From contig NZ_CP054059.1 of the NCBI RefSeq assembly GCF_021057185.1, positions 1,020,001-1,052,000 on the forward strand: DNA of 32,000 nucleotides, given 5' to 3'. The stretch's first letter is position 1, and each line of letters begins with the position of its first letter. The stretch comes from Candidatus Absconditicoccus praedator (GTDB lineage Bacteria; Patescibacteriota; Gracilibacteria; Absconditabacterales; Absconditicoccaceae). Made by a program: the position numbers and the translations under genes. Positions 10,451-22,415 of this stretch are shown here, piece after piece. The notes under the pieces are model-generated. The model was not told where the DNA came from. It did not search any database and saw nothing but the letters and a program-made list of their open reading frames with translations.

Positions 10451-11470
10451 ATGTATTTTGTGGTAACCTGAAAAAATTCATATTTATCATCAAAAGAGCT
10501 AAAATTATTCTGATTTGATTCTTTCAAAAGAATATCAAAAAATATCCTTTTGATTGACAGCTACAATCCAGATGATTTAGATAAGCTTTGATGAGTGATA
10601 AAATACTGAAAAATAATTAGTTTTGATCAAATTAAAAATTATCTAAACAATAAAGATATTATCTGAACCAATAGTAAAACCTTTTGATTGAAGCTAAAAA
10701 AAACATTTTGAATCAAAAAGTTCAAATTAATACAACCAGAAAATACAGATCTTGAGGTCAAAAATCATTGAAAAGAATTTTTGTTTTTTGAAGATAAAGT
10801 TTTGTTGGTAGAATGATATCAAAAAATTGATTTGTATGAAACAATAGATTATCAAAAACCATCAAGATGAATGAAAGTTTGAATGATGCCTTCAAAACTG
10901 GCTCATATAATGATCAATTTGTGTACGTGATCAGCTACTTGACAAGTTGAAACTATATATGACCCTTTTGTGTGATTTTGAACAACTTGATTTGTGGCAA
11001 ATTATTTTTGATATAACTTTTTGTGATCTGATATAAATACAACTCCAGCAAAGCAGAACTTATCTTTTTGGAAACAAACAGATTATTATAAAAATATGCA
11101 ATTTACTTTGTTCAAAAACGATGTTAAAACTCCATTTGAAAAAAAATTTTTAAATAATGTGGATTGTATAGTTACAGAATGATGGCTTTGACCAGTAATA
11201 AATAATAATACTACTCAAAAAATGCTAACCAAAAATCACGAAGATATCTACAATCTTTATAATGCTTTTTTGCAAAATATATCAAAATTTTATGATAATA
11301 TATGCATGGTTTTTTGTTTTCCTATTTATTCAAAAATGACAAATTATTGATTTTGAGTTTTAAACAAGTTAGAAAAATGAAATATGGAGTTTGACTTTGA
11401 AAAATTGTGAAAACCATATAAAAGAGATGGCCAACTTGTATGAAGGCAGATTATATTGGCAAAAAAATAA
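10451..11470 (+). CDS. class I SAM-dependent RNA methyltransferase (UPF0020/Trm11-like)
   Basis: 339 codons. MPSKLAHIMINL is followed by motif I DPFVGFGTTGFVANYFGYNFLGSDIN (Gly mostly TGA) and a TEGWLGP motif in place of (D/N)PPYG. Family assignment is by motif resemblance only. Confidence 0.6.
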
Positions 11471-11472
11471 TT

Positions 11473-12552
11473 TTATTTAGAAACTTTGTCCCATCAAAGT
11501 TGTCCACATGCTCATTTTTCTTTTCTTCAAAGACTATTTCTTAATGTACTGGTAATTCAATTTCTTTCCAAGACTTTTTTGAAATTTTCTATTTTTTCTG
11601 GATTTGGTTCTTGATAATTTGGTGTAAGAGGATTTTCATTAAATGGTATAAGGTTTACATGACAGTTTTTTGATTTTAGAAGTTTTGAAAGTTGGATAGC
11701 ATGGTTTTCCGAATCATTTAAATTTTTAATAAGAATATACTCGTGAAATATTCTGGTTTTTGTTTTGTTTTCATACCAATCCAAAGTTTTCATAAGGTCT
11801 TGTAGGGGATACTTCTGGCTAACAGGCATCATTTTTTTCCTTAATTCTTGATTTGGTGCATGCAAACTAATTGCTAGCATAACTTCTAAATTGTCCTCAA
11901 CTAGCTTTTCTATTTGTGGAATAAGTCAAGAAGTAGAAATTGTTATATGTCTTTTGCTAAGTGATAAGTAATTTTGTTCAAGCATAAAAAAGAGGGAGTT
12001 TTTCAGATTTTCATAGTTTAATAAAGGTTCTCACATACCCATAAAAACAATGTTTCTTACTTTATGTAATGTTCAGTCTTCTTTTTTTCAAAGTTTATTT
12101 TTGATTATATTGTTGGCAACCAGTACTTGACTTAAGATCTCTTCTGTAGTAAGATTACCTGCAAATCCAAGTTTTCAAGTAATACAAAAATCACATCATA
12201 TAGGGCATCATTTTTGTGTAGAAACACATAGTGTTATTCTATTTAGTTTTTTTTGGTCTCAATTATAATGATAGTGATATAAAATCACAGTTTCGATTAT
12301 ATTGTTGTCTTTTGTGGTAAATGAAATTTTTGTGCTTTCTTCTCAATCAATTTGTTCTTTTAGAGTTAGTGAACTAATATAAAAACTGTTATTTAATTGT
12401 TCTCTTAACTCCTTGGATAGGGTCGTCATATCCTCAAAATTTATATTGCTGTTTTTGAATATTTCTTGCTTGATTTGTTTTATTCTAAAAGGTTGTAGCT
12501 TTTTTGTTTTTCTAAAATTTTCCAACTGTTCCAAATTGAGTATCCACTCCAT
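11473..12552 (-). CDS. rlmN: 23S rRNA/tRNA (adenine-C2) methyltransferase RlmN, radical SAM
   Basis: Track ORFs 12343..12552 and 11557..11880 share a frame and are joined through TGA codons. Radical-SAM cluster CPIGCDFC lies at 12207..12184. C-terminal ...GACGQL has the conserved second Cys. TAA at 11475..11473. Confidence 0.9.
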
Positions 12553-12601
12553 TAAAAATCTTTATTTTTCTAAAATTATTATGTGGTTTTCCAAGTTTAT
12601 A

Positions 12602-14089
12602 CTACTTGAAATCTTGTATTATATTTTGATAATCATTGTATGCTTGTTTATTGTTTTTTAGTAATTTTTTAAAATTGTTTATAGCATAAATTACTGTTGC
12701 ATGATTTTTTCAACCAAAATAATCTCATATTTTTTCAAGTGTCCATCAAAAATGTTCTTTTGCAATATACATAAGCATTTGTCTTGCCATACTAACTTCT
12801 TTTTTTCTACTTTCTCATTTTATATCAAATATTCATATATCATAATAATTTGATACATATTCTACTATTTTTCAAAAGCTTTTGGTGTTTTTGGTATTTT
12901 TGTTTTCTGCATTTATTATGTTTACTTGTTGTTGCTCTGATTTGTCTATATTGTATCACAATGTTTGTAATGCTTCAAATATATCTTTTTCTCATATCTC
13001 TTGTTCTAACAAATTTTTTCTTGTCATTATTAAGTTTATTGCTCATTCAATTTCTCTAATATTGTCTTGTATGTTTTTTGCAAGAGTTTCACAAAGGCTT
13101 TGATCAAGTTGTTCTCATTTTTCCCTAAGCTTAGAATGTATTATAGCCAGTCTAGTTTCAAAGTCAGGTTTTTTAACATCTGTCACAAGTCAAAGTGCAA
13201 ATCTGCTTTTCAATCTTGCTTCCAGCAGATCAAGTTCTTTTGGTGGACGGTCAGAAGATATTATGATCTGTTTTTGATTTATATGAAAATCATTAAATAT
13301 ATTATGGAAAATTTCTTGAGTTTTTTCTTTGTTTGCTAAGAACTGAATATCATCAATGATAAGAACATCCACTTGTTCAAGTTTTTTCATCAAGTTGGAG
13401 AGAGTATTTTTTCTTATTGCCTCTACTATCTCATCAATAAGCTTTGTGCTTGGTAAATATACAATTGTTTTTTCGTTTTGAGTTTTCATTATATAGTTTC
13501 AGATAGCCTGCAGTAAGTGAGTTTTACCAAGTCATACATCTCAATATATAAAGAAAGGATTGTAAACTTTTCAGGGTGATTCTGATATTTTTTTGCTTGC
13601 AGAATATGCCAACTGATTGCTTCATCAAACTACAAAATTTTCAAATTTGTATCTTTGATCAAAAAGTATTCCAAAGAAATTTTTTAATTTTTCTTTTGTT
13701 TTTTTATCAATATTTTCTGGTGGAGTGTTTTTTTTGTTGTTGGTTCCCAAAATTTTTTGTATATTGATTTGTAGCTTATGTTTTCAGCTTTGAAATTTAC
13801 TATAAACTGCAATTTTTATTTTGAATCAGTCACTATAAACTTCTTGTATACTTGCTTCAAGCTCTTTTTTAAAAAATTTTTTTACTTGTGATTGAATAAA
13901 TTCATTTGGCACTCATATATATATTTCTTTTGTTTTTTCTTCAATACTCAAAATTCAGCATTTTCAAAGAAAAGAATATATTTTTTTGGGATCTTCTCTT
14001 GTTGATATATTTTTAATAGTTTTTTCCCGTAGGTTTTTAAGAAATTCTACTTTTTGAGTATCATAGTTTTCTACTGTATCAACAAGCAT
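12602..14089 (-). CDS. dnaA: chromosomal replication initiator protein DnaA
   Basis: ATG 14089..14087, TAG 12604..12602, 495 aa. Walker A GDVGLGKTHLLQAI lies at 13543..13520. It contains DVLIIDDIQFL, SSDRPPKEL and RLKSRFAL. The domain IV motif is ARQMLMYIAKEHFGWTLEKIGDYFGGKNHATVIYA. Confidence 0.95.
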
Positions 14090-14118
14090 TTAATTGCAGT
14101 TATTTTTTAAAATTTTAA

Positions 14119-15192
14119 TTATTCTTCTTTCACAAAAGCAAGTTGTTTTGCTTGATTTTCCATCATCACATCATTTATAATTTTATCTATTTCTCAGTTC
14201 ATTATTTGAGGTATATTAGACCAAGATTTTTTAATACGATGGTCTGTTATTCTATCTTGCGGGAAGTTGTAGGTCCTAATTTTTTCAGATCTGTCTCAGC
14301 TTCAAATTTGATTTGCTTTTTCTTCCTGAATTTTTTCGTGATGTTGTTTTTGTTCTATTTCATAAAGTCTTGATTTTAGAACCTGAAATGCCTTTTCTTT
14401 GTTTTGTAGCTGTGATTTTCATTCTCAAATAGTTACTATAATTCCAGTTGGTTTGTGAATTAGTCTAACTCAGGTTGCATTTTTATTTGCATTTTGTCAT
14501 CAAGCACTACTTGCTGCAAAAGTATGTAATTCTACATCATTTTTATTTAAATTGACTTGTACATCTTCAACTTCTGGCATTATACTTACTGTAACAGTTG
14601 ATGTATGAACTCTTCATCAGCTTTCTGTCTCTGGTATCCTTTGGACTCTATGAACTCAACTTTCAAATTTTAGCTTTGAGTATACATTTTCTCAGCTTAT
14701 TTTGATTATACATGATTTTAATCATCATATATCACTAATTTCTTCTTCAATTATTTCAGTTTTCCATCAAGCATATTCGGTATATCTTAGGTACATTCTC
14801 ATAAGTTCTAGAGCAAACAATCCAGCTTCATCTCATCATGCTGCTGGTCTTATTTCCATAAAAATATTTTTTTCATCATTTGGATCTTTTGGAAGCATAG
14901 CTATTTTAAATTTTTCATATATATCTTCTAGCATTTCTTCAGATTCTTGTTTTTGTGCTTTTGCCATTTCAATTAAATCTTCATCTTTTTCAGTATTTAT
15001 CATCTCTTTTGCCTCTTCTAGGCTATTGTGATATTTTTTGTAGTCTTGATATAGATTGTATGTTGGTTCAAGATTTGTAAGTTCTTTATTTAATTTTATC
15101 ATTTTTTCATTATCAGAAAAAACCTCTGGGTTACATAGTTCTTCTTTGATTTGATTATATCTTTTTTCTACTTCTTCAAGTTTTTGCCACAT
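14119..15192 (-). CDS. prfA: peptide chain release factor 1 (UAA/UAG-specific)
   Basis: 357 aa. RF1-type tripeptide region RIPETESGGRVHTS (PxT class, not the SPF of RF2). GGQ is encoded TGA-TGA-CAA at 14502..14494. It contains EIRPAAGGDEAGLFA. TAA at 14121..14119. Confidence 0.95.
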
Positions 15193-15206
15193 TATTTTTG
15201 GTTAAT

Positions 15207-15872
15207 TTAATAAAATATATTACTTACTATCACAAACAATATTCAATAAATAAAATCTCCTATTTTTGCTGTTGTAGATTCAATAAAATTTCAAGTATAT
15301 GGAATAAATATAAGTAAAATTAATCCAAAAGCAAGATATATTCAATATTTTTCTATTATTTTTGAACTTTCAGGATAAAAAAATTTAACTAATCTAAATC
15401 AATCCAATGGTGGTATTGGCAATATATTTAATGCTGCCAGTATGATATTTATAAATGCTGTTAGGTACAAAAAAAGTAAAATAGAATTTTCCTCTACATT
15501 TATATTTGCTGGATGAGTGATTTCAAGCCAAAAAAATGAATAAGTAACAATCAATAAAACTGCAATTATTGCTATAAAAAAATTTATAAATGGTCAAGAA
15601 CTTGCTACAATTATTTGATCTTTGATAGGATTTTTATAAAAACTATAATTGGTTTGTGTATATTTTCATCGTCAGAAATTTATGAAAAAAACAGACAAAA
15701 ATCATAAAAAACTTAGATGTTTAATAGGATTGAGTGAGATTTTTCATTGAATTTTTGGTGTATGATCTCACAAAATATATGAAGTTAATGCATGAGTGAA
15801 TTCATGAACACTTATAGAAAAAATAAAGATTGTTGCAATAAAAACAATTTCTACTAAATCAAATCAAAACAT
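15207..15872 (-). CDS. M50 family site-2 protease-like membrane metalloprotease
   Basis: 221 aa. It has an HEFTH zinc motif, the second motif NILPIPPLDG (final Gly = TGA), and multiple TM segments. Confidence 0.85.
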
Positions 15873-15883
15873 AAATTTAATTT

Positions 15884-17815
15884 TTAATCTAAATTCTCTA
15901 TTAGAAAATTATAAAAATTTGATAAACTGAAAACATCTTCCCGGTGAATATTTCTTTTGAATGTTGTATTAATATTTCCTAAATTTTCTTTTTTGAACCA
16001 GTAATCATATAATCTTTTTGGAAATGATATATCTAGATTTTCTTTAATGTTTATCTGTCATAGTTCTTTTCAAAAGATTAAAAAAGGAACTTCATTTTTA
16101 TAATCATTATGAATAGATTCAAGAAGTTCTTCTCTGGTAGTTCATTCAGTTATGAAATAGTTGTTTATGTTTGATGCTATTTCATTGTTTATGTATCTAG
16201 ATGGGTTGATTATAGGATTTTCTATCAAGAATATATTTGATATATCTTTTTTTAATCACATTTGAATTCATCTAATGGCAACATCATAATTTCAGCTTTC
16301 TAATCTATCTTGGAATTCTTGGTAAGAGTCATATTTTTCAAAATTAAAAAATTCTTTTACTTCATTTTCTTCCAGTATTTTTTGTATTTTATTTTTGATA
16401 AACTTGTTGTTATCATTATCTTGGTATACAAAATCTAACTCAAATTCTTCATACTCAGGATCGGAATCTATAGTAGGTTTTTCTTGATAGTGTACTGTAA
16501 GTTCACTAAGGGTTTCTGATTGTCAATCTTGATATCATCTTACAATATAATTGTTTTCTCATTCTTGTACATTTCAAAATCTTTCAGCTATATTATAGTC
16601 TGCACTTTCTCATCACTCATAAGATTGGAGTTGGTATTCTGCTCATTCTCATGCTTGTACACTTACAGAATCATAACTTCAAGTAAAATTAAATGTTAAT
16701 GAATGTGTATCATCAATAGATGAAAGATAATATTCATTTTCACCTTCTTCAATTTGTTCTGGAAGTTCAGGTAGCTCTTTTTCTTCCTGAGTTGGAGAAG
16801 TAAGTTCTTGATGTCTGTTGTTTAATGTTTGATTAATATCTCATCATTCAATATCTGTGTCAAACAGAAATCTGTCTTTTACAAGGTAGTTTTCATATTC
16901 GTCTTGATAAAAATTGTTTATGACTTCTGCTCATATACTCTTTCTAACCTCAGAATTAAGTTTTTCTGACTGAATATTAAAAAACAATGATAAAAAGTTG
17001 TTTAGAATAACTTTGTTTTCTCTATATCAATCAAAATTTTTATCTCATATATATGAGTCTATAATTTGAGTCTGCTGTGCGTGTTCTTCTAGTTCTTGCC
17101 AGCTGTTAAATGATTGCACTTGGTATTGCTCTACTGATGCTTTTTCACAACTTGATAAATCAAACGTTATATTGTTGTTTGCTGATCAAGCTTGCAATCT
17201 TCAACATGATGTTCATATAGGATTTGAAGCAAAATTTTGAATATATTCTTCGGTATTTGTTCATTCTAAAATATGTTTTGGTAATAGAAATTCTGATAGT
17301 ATGATATGGTTGTCTATACTAGAGTTTGGAAAAGTTATATTTACTGTATCATTGTTTTTTTCAACTTCGATATTATTGAAGTTATTCAGGTATTGTAAAT
17401 TTCGTTTGTTGTTTTTAATTACATCATTAAAAGTAAAGTATATATCCTCAGTAGTTACTTCTTCTCAGTCTTGCCAATATATTCAATCTTTTACTGAAAG
17501 TTCAAACTCTCTATAGTTATTGGTGCTAACATTACATAATTTTTCACTAAACTTTATATCAGTTCATGATACATAAGGCTCTAAACATCAATCAAACATT
17601 AATGATTGAAAAAATTTATCCTCTCAAGAGTTTGAAAGATATGGAATATATCAAATTTGTCATACCACTCAATGTACATATGTTCATCCTTCTACTGGTT
17701 GATCTTCTGAATTTTCAAAAATAAATAAATAAAATATGTGAAGTGTAATAATTCACCAGATAGCAATTATTATTGTGTAAAGATACTTAAAAAATTTTCA
17801 ATGAGTTATTTTCAT
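15884..17815 (-). CDS. family-5 extracellular solute-binding protein-like (OppA/DppA fold), membrane-anchored
   Basis: 643 aa from ATG 17815 to TAA 15886..15884. N-terminal TM segment. IYWQDGEEVTTEDIYFTFNDV and LLPKHIL resemble SBP_bac_5 signatures. The frame at the stop agrees with the frame at the start. The middle of the protein is divergent. Confidence 0.6.
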
Positions 17816-17818
17816 AAT

Positions 17819-18046
17819 CTAGTCTACATATGGTAAAAATATTGATGATATAATGAAAACAACACTAGATATTACAGCCGATTTTTTAAGTGTTCACTCA
17901 AGACTTTTTTGGCTTCAGTAATCACTTCATCATCAAAGTGCTCCTCCTACTCCTACTCATAATCATCATTTTGGACTCATAAGTAAAACACTGATAACAA
18001 ATGCAATTCAGGATAATATCATTATTCAAATAAGGAAATATCTCAT
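17819..18046 (-). CDS. secG: preprotein translocase subunit SecG
   Basis: 75 aa: MRYFLIGIMILSGIAFVISVLLMSPKGGLGVGVGGALGGGSDYGSQKSLEGTLKKSAVISSVVFIISSIFL. It has two TM helices flanking the Gly-rich SPKGGG..GG loop typical of SecG. TAG stop at 17821..17819. Confidence 0.85.
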
Positions 18047-18140
18047 TTTTCACAATTACTTATAAATATAAATACTATCCCTTTTTAATCATTTTTTTGT
18101 TTTTTTCAACTTGAAAATATTTTTTTTTTGAATAATCTTT

Positions 18141-18482
18141 GGTAACCTCAAGTTAGGCAATACACCTAAAGATAAATTAGGTGAGGAAAGTCCCAACACC
18201 AATAAATAGCTAATAGATAACATCTATTGGATCTTGGAAAAGCAAAGGAAAGTGCCACAGAGACGAAAACTAATCTTTAAAAATTAAAGATAAAAGGTGC
18301 AACGTGAGGGTGTTCCATTAATATGGGCTACCTCTGCTGAACCTATAAGATTTATAGGTCAGTGGTAAACCCTAGCTGGTGCAAGCTGACTCATTCTTGT
18401 GAGGTAGTGCTTGATGTCTGTAATAAACAGATCTAGAGAAATTTTGCCAATACAGAATTGGGCTTATTGACTTGAGGTTATT
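18141..18482 (+). ncRNA. rnpB: RNase P RNA, bacterial type A
   Basis: Universal P4 strands GAGGAAAGTCC (5') and ACAGAATTGGGCTTAT (3') are present. So are AGTGCCACAGAGACG (J11/12-like) and GGTAAACCC. P1 pairs TAACCTCAAGT (18143..18153) with ACTTGAGGTTA (18470..18480). This is the most GC-rich non-coding island in the window. Confidence 0.9.
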
Positions 18483-18505
18483 TATAATATATATTTGTAA
18501 AGACA

Positions 18506-19720
18506 ATGAAAAATGTTAAAAAAGATTTTCCAATATTTAAAAACAATCCATGATTAGTTTATTTAGATAGTTGTGCAACTACTCAAAAGCCTTCTAATGT
18601 TATTAATTCTATAAAAGATCATCTAGAATCTTATTATTCTAATATACATAGATGACTATATCACTTGTCAGAAAAATCAGAAGATGCATATATTAGATCA
18701 AAAAAACTAATAGCTGATTTTTTGTGAGTTAAAAAGTCAGAAATTATTTATACATATAATTCTACTTATGCCTTTAATATTTTGGCTGAAAGTTTATATT
18801 ATTCATGATATCTTCAAAAATGAGATAAAATTTTATTGTGAATAGCAGAACATCATTCAAATATAGTTCCTTGGTTGATGTTGAAGGAAAGATTTTGAAT
18901 TGAGGTAGAGTTTATTTGAACAAATGATGATTATGATTTGGATATTGATGAATTTGATAAAAAATATGATGAAAAAACAAAACTTGTAGCATTAAACTAT
19001 GTTTCAAATGTTACTTGAACTATTTTTGATATAAAAAAAATATCAAAAAGGCTGAATGAAGAAACATTATTTGTTGTAGATGGTAGTCAAGCTGTGCCAA
19101 ATTTTTCAATAAATCTACATGATATTTGATGCGACTTTTTTGTTTTCACATGACATAAAGTTATGGCAAATACTTGAATTTGAGTTTTATGGTGAAAAAA
19201 ACAACTTCTAAAAAAGCTAAATCCTAGTATATGATGATGATGAAGTATAAAACATGTTTGAAAAGAAGATTATGAGTCTTTGGATACTGTTGAATGATTT
19301 GAAGCTTGAACCCCTAATTTGTCGTGAGCGGTTAGTTTGCTTGCTGCTTTTGAATATATAAGAGATATTTGATGATTTGATTATATTTGGGATAAAGAAC
19401 AGTCTTTAGTAAAATATGCCATAGAATGATTTGAAAAAAGAAAAGATAAGGTTCAATTGATATGAAAACAAACTCAAGAAAATAGAGTAGGTGTCTTTTC
19501 GTTTATAATAAAAAACTCTAATTTTTCTCCTATAAAATTTTGAGAATTTATGGCAATGAATAATATATGTCTAAGATGTGGATGACACTGTGCTCATCCT
19601 TATCTTGATGAAATGTGAGCTTGATGAACTTGTAGAATAAGTGTATACTTATATAATGATTTTGAGGACTTGGATAAGTTTTTTGATGTTTTAGACCAAT
19701 TTCTTGATAAGTTTTTCTAA
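18506..19720 (+). CDS. sufS: class V aminotransferase, group II cysteine desulfurase (SufS/CsdA-like)
   Basis: 404 aa. It contains YLDSCATTQKP and HRG. The PLP lysine lies in FVFTGHK (Gly TGA at 19151..19153, Lys at 19157..19159). It also has GTPN and the active-site motif RCGGHCAHP. Confidence 0.88.
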
Positions 19721-19746
19721 AATAAATTAATTTTTTAAATTGCTGT

Positions 19747-19774
19747 TTGACAAAAAAATAAAATTCTGTATAAT
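19747..19774 (+). promoter_or_regulatory. sigma70-like promoter (TTGACA-16 nt-TATAAT)
   Basis: TTGACA at 19747..19752, a 16-nt spacer, and TATAAT at 19769..19774, about 30 nt upstream of ATG 19805. Confidence 0.55.
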
Positions 19775-19804
19775 TATACTGTATTTAAAAAATAAAAATA
19801 AAAA

Positions 19805-20359
19805 ATGGAAACATTATGAAATAATTATGAAAAATCAAACGAATTGGCAGAAACAAATGAAAGAGCTGAAATACAAGAGGGTCTAAATCAAATAGATTCA
19901 AACTTTAGGTTTGAGCAAGTTGGTAATAAATATCTTTTGGAGTATGATTGAGTTGCCTTAGATATGGAGATAAACTGAAAAGAACAACTTATTGCTATGG
20001 CTTCTCTAACAAAATGGATTTTGGATAATCATAAATGAAGTCATGAAGGAAATGAATATTATGTAGACCATGATTGAAATAGTTTTGATATATTTGTAGA
20101 TAATAGACCTTTGAAGTTATTGGATACAGCAATTTTATCAGAGTCATCTCTTATGGAAAATTTATGATTAGAACATCAAAATATTCGCAATCAAACTACA
20201 AAGGTAGCAGAGTATATGGCACAAAGAGAAGATATAGTAAGATCATATGTTGATTTTTTAAATGATGTTACAAGCTATGAAAAAGAATTGGTAGAAGTAA
20301 GATGAACATACTGATTAGAAATATCTAATCTTAGGAGGGAGATTACTAAGGCAGCTTAA
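19805..20359 (+). CDS. hypothetical protein (orphan, monocistronic unit)
   Basis: 184 codons from ATG 19805 to TAA 20357 with TGA=Gly. It has its own consensus promoter upstream and a hairpin terminator downstream. No family recognised. Confidence 0.55.
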
Positions 20360-20369
20360 ATATATTTAA

Positions 20370-20396
20370 AAAAGAGTGAAAAAATCACTCTTTTTT
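20370..20396 (+). terminator. rho-independent terminator-like hairpin
   Basis: AAAAGAGTGA (20370..20379) pairs with TCACTCTTTT (20385..20394) around an AAAAA loop, followed by a T-run. It lies 11 nt after the stop at 20359. The stem is AT-rich, so stability is modest. Confidence 0.5.
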
Positions 20397-20467
20397 AAAA
20401 TTAAAATTTCTTGCTATTTAATTTAAAATGATTAGTATAAAAAGGATTTATACTATATTATTAATCT

Positions 20468-21118
20468 ATGAAAAAAATTTTTAAACATATAATGTACTGG
20501 CATTTTTTCTTGCAGGTAAAACTTCTAAAACTATTAAAGAGACCTTATGTAGTTTTGGTTGTATGAGTTAGTCAAAAATCAATGATTAGAGAAAAATTAA
20601 AAGATGAAGCACTGAAGTCGTGAATTAAAACAAGAAAAAAATATATGCCATATAATACTTGGTTTGGTGTAGTTTTGGACTTTTTGGATGTGCCATCAGC
20701 TTATTCAAATATCAAATGATGGATATGAATTTATTTTTACTCATGGTATAAGTTTTTTAAAAGCTTAATTAGCTTTCCTGATGTGTTGTTTTTGAGTGGG
20801 GGAGTAGATGAGGATTGAGAAGCACAAAAAATACTTAGGTCTATATCTCCTGATATGATAGTATTTACAGATATTAATACATCTTTTGCAGATGATTATA
20901 CATCCATGGATGTCATAGAAAAAGAGTTTTGATGTTTTATAGATTATCTAAATAAGAAATCTCAAAAAGAAACTCTACAATATGAATATACATGATTAGA
21001 TCAAATTGTTGAAATTATAAACTCAGATAAAAAATATATTTGAGTGATAGATAAAGATGATGAAAGATTAGTTTCATTATGAAAAAAGCTTATAAATAGA
21101 ATTTTTATCAAACTATAA
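20468..21118 (+). CDS. hypothetical protein, possibly a degenerate Mur-ligase-like central domain
   Basis: 216 codons from ATG 20468 to TAA 21116. YVVLVVGVSQKSMIRE occupies the position of the Mur ligase P-loop (I.VTGTNGKTT) but lacks GKT. DVLFLSGGVDEDGEAQKILRSISPDMIVFTDINTSFADDY resembles the Mur E..-...-P..-.TN...DH region without DH. The similarity is weak. Confidence 0.5.
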
Positions 21119-21125
21119 AAAAAGT

Positions 21126-22415
21126 ATGAAAGTATGATTGGTATGAAGAACAAATGTAGGAAAATCTACACTTTTTAATAAACTTATATGAACACATAGA
21201 TCTATAGTTACAGATATATCTTGAACTACTAGAGAAAGTTTTTCGGAGTTAGCAAATATTTGAGATGTTAGCTTTCTGTTATTCGATTCTCCTTGATTGG
21301 ATACAGAAAATGAAAAACCTATAATCAAAGAAATCCTACAAAACTGTGATGTGGTAATTTTTATGGTAGATGCAAAAGATTGAATTACCCACAAAGATCA
21401 GGAAATACAAGAAATGATTTTTAAGTCTTGAAAACAAAAACAAACACTTTTACTTATTAATAAAGTAGAATGAGATTCTACCAGTATTCAGGCGGATGAG
21501 TTTTATCAGTTTGGTTTTCAAAATATACATAAAGTTAGTGTTTTACAACAAATATGAACAGATTTTATTAAAGATTTTATAGTTGATCAATTTAAAACAA
21601 ACAAATTAAAATCATATGACAGTCAAGTTCAGTCTATACCATTGGCTATAGTGGGTAGACCAAACACTTGAAAATCTACTTTGTTAAATAAGTTTGCTCA
21701 AAAAGAAGTAGCGAAAGTTGAAGATAAACTTTGAACTACATTGGATTACTTGAAAACTTATATAAACTATAAATGAGAAGATTTTGTTTTGTATGATACT
21801 GCTTGAATAAGAAAAAAATGAAGAACTGTATGATTAGAGAAGATAGCTTTTAGTAAAACTTATAAGCTTTTGGAACTAGCTCAACCTACTACAGTTATAC
21901 TATTGGACATGCAGGAATGATTAACACATACTGATAAAACTATACTTGGTAAGATTTCTAAATTGAAGGTTCCAGCAATAATAGCTGTAAACAAAACTGA
22001 CCTTTTTTCAAAAAAAAGTATAGATAATTTTATAAAATTTTGTACAAGAAATATAGAATTTGCAAAACATATTCCTATAATTCCAATATCATCAAAAACT
22101 TGATATTATATAGATAAGATACTAGATTTTGCTCAATCTATTTATCAGGAAAACAATAAAAAAATACAAACATCTCAGCTAAATAATATTCTCAACAAAG
22201 CTTGGATACACAATCCTCCAAGGTTTCCAAAAAATAAGATTTGTAAATTTTATTATGCAACACAAACCGATATTGCTCCACCAAGATTTGTAGTTTTTGT
22301 AAATGATGAAGAAAAAGCTAATTTTTCATTTAAAAAATGGATAGAAAATAATATTAGAAAAAATTTTGGATTTATATGATGTTTTATTGATATCAAGTTT
22401 AAAGGCAGATCTTAA
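21126..22415 (+). CDS. der: ribosome-associated GTPase Der (EngA), tandem GTPase domains plus KH-like C-terminus
   Basis: 429 aa. First P-loop GRTNVGKST (21144..) and second P-loop GRPNTGKST. Also DSPG / DTAG, NKVE / NKTD, and the C-terminal PPRFVVFVN. Many P-loop Gly are TGA. TAA at 22413. Confidence 0.93.

Noticed and set aside
12413-13767. Series of plus-strand ORFs (12413..12661, 12850..13059, 12882..13103, 13067..13339, 13576..13767)
   Set aside because: They are antisense to rlmN and dnaA. The sequences are hydrophobic low-complexity and have no motifs, whereas the minus-strand frames encode full-length RlmN and DnaA.
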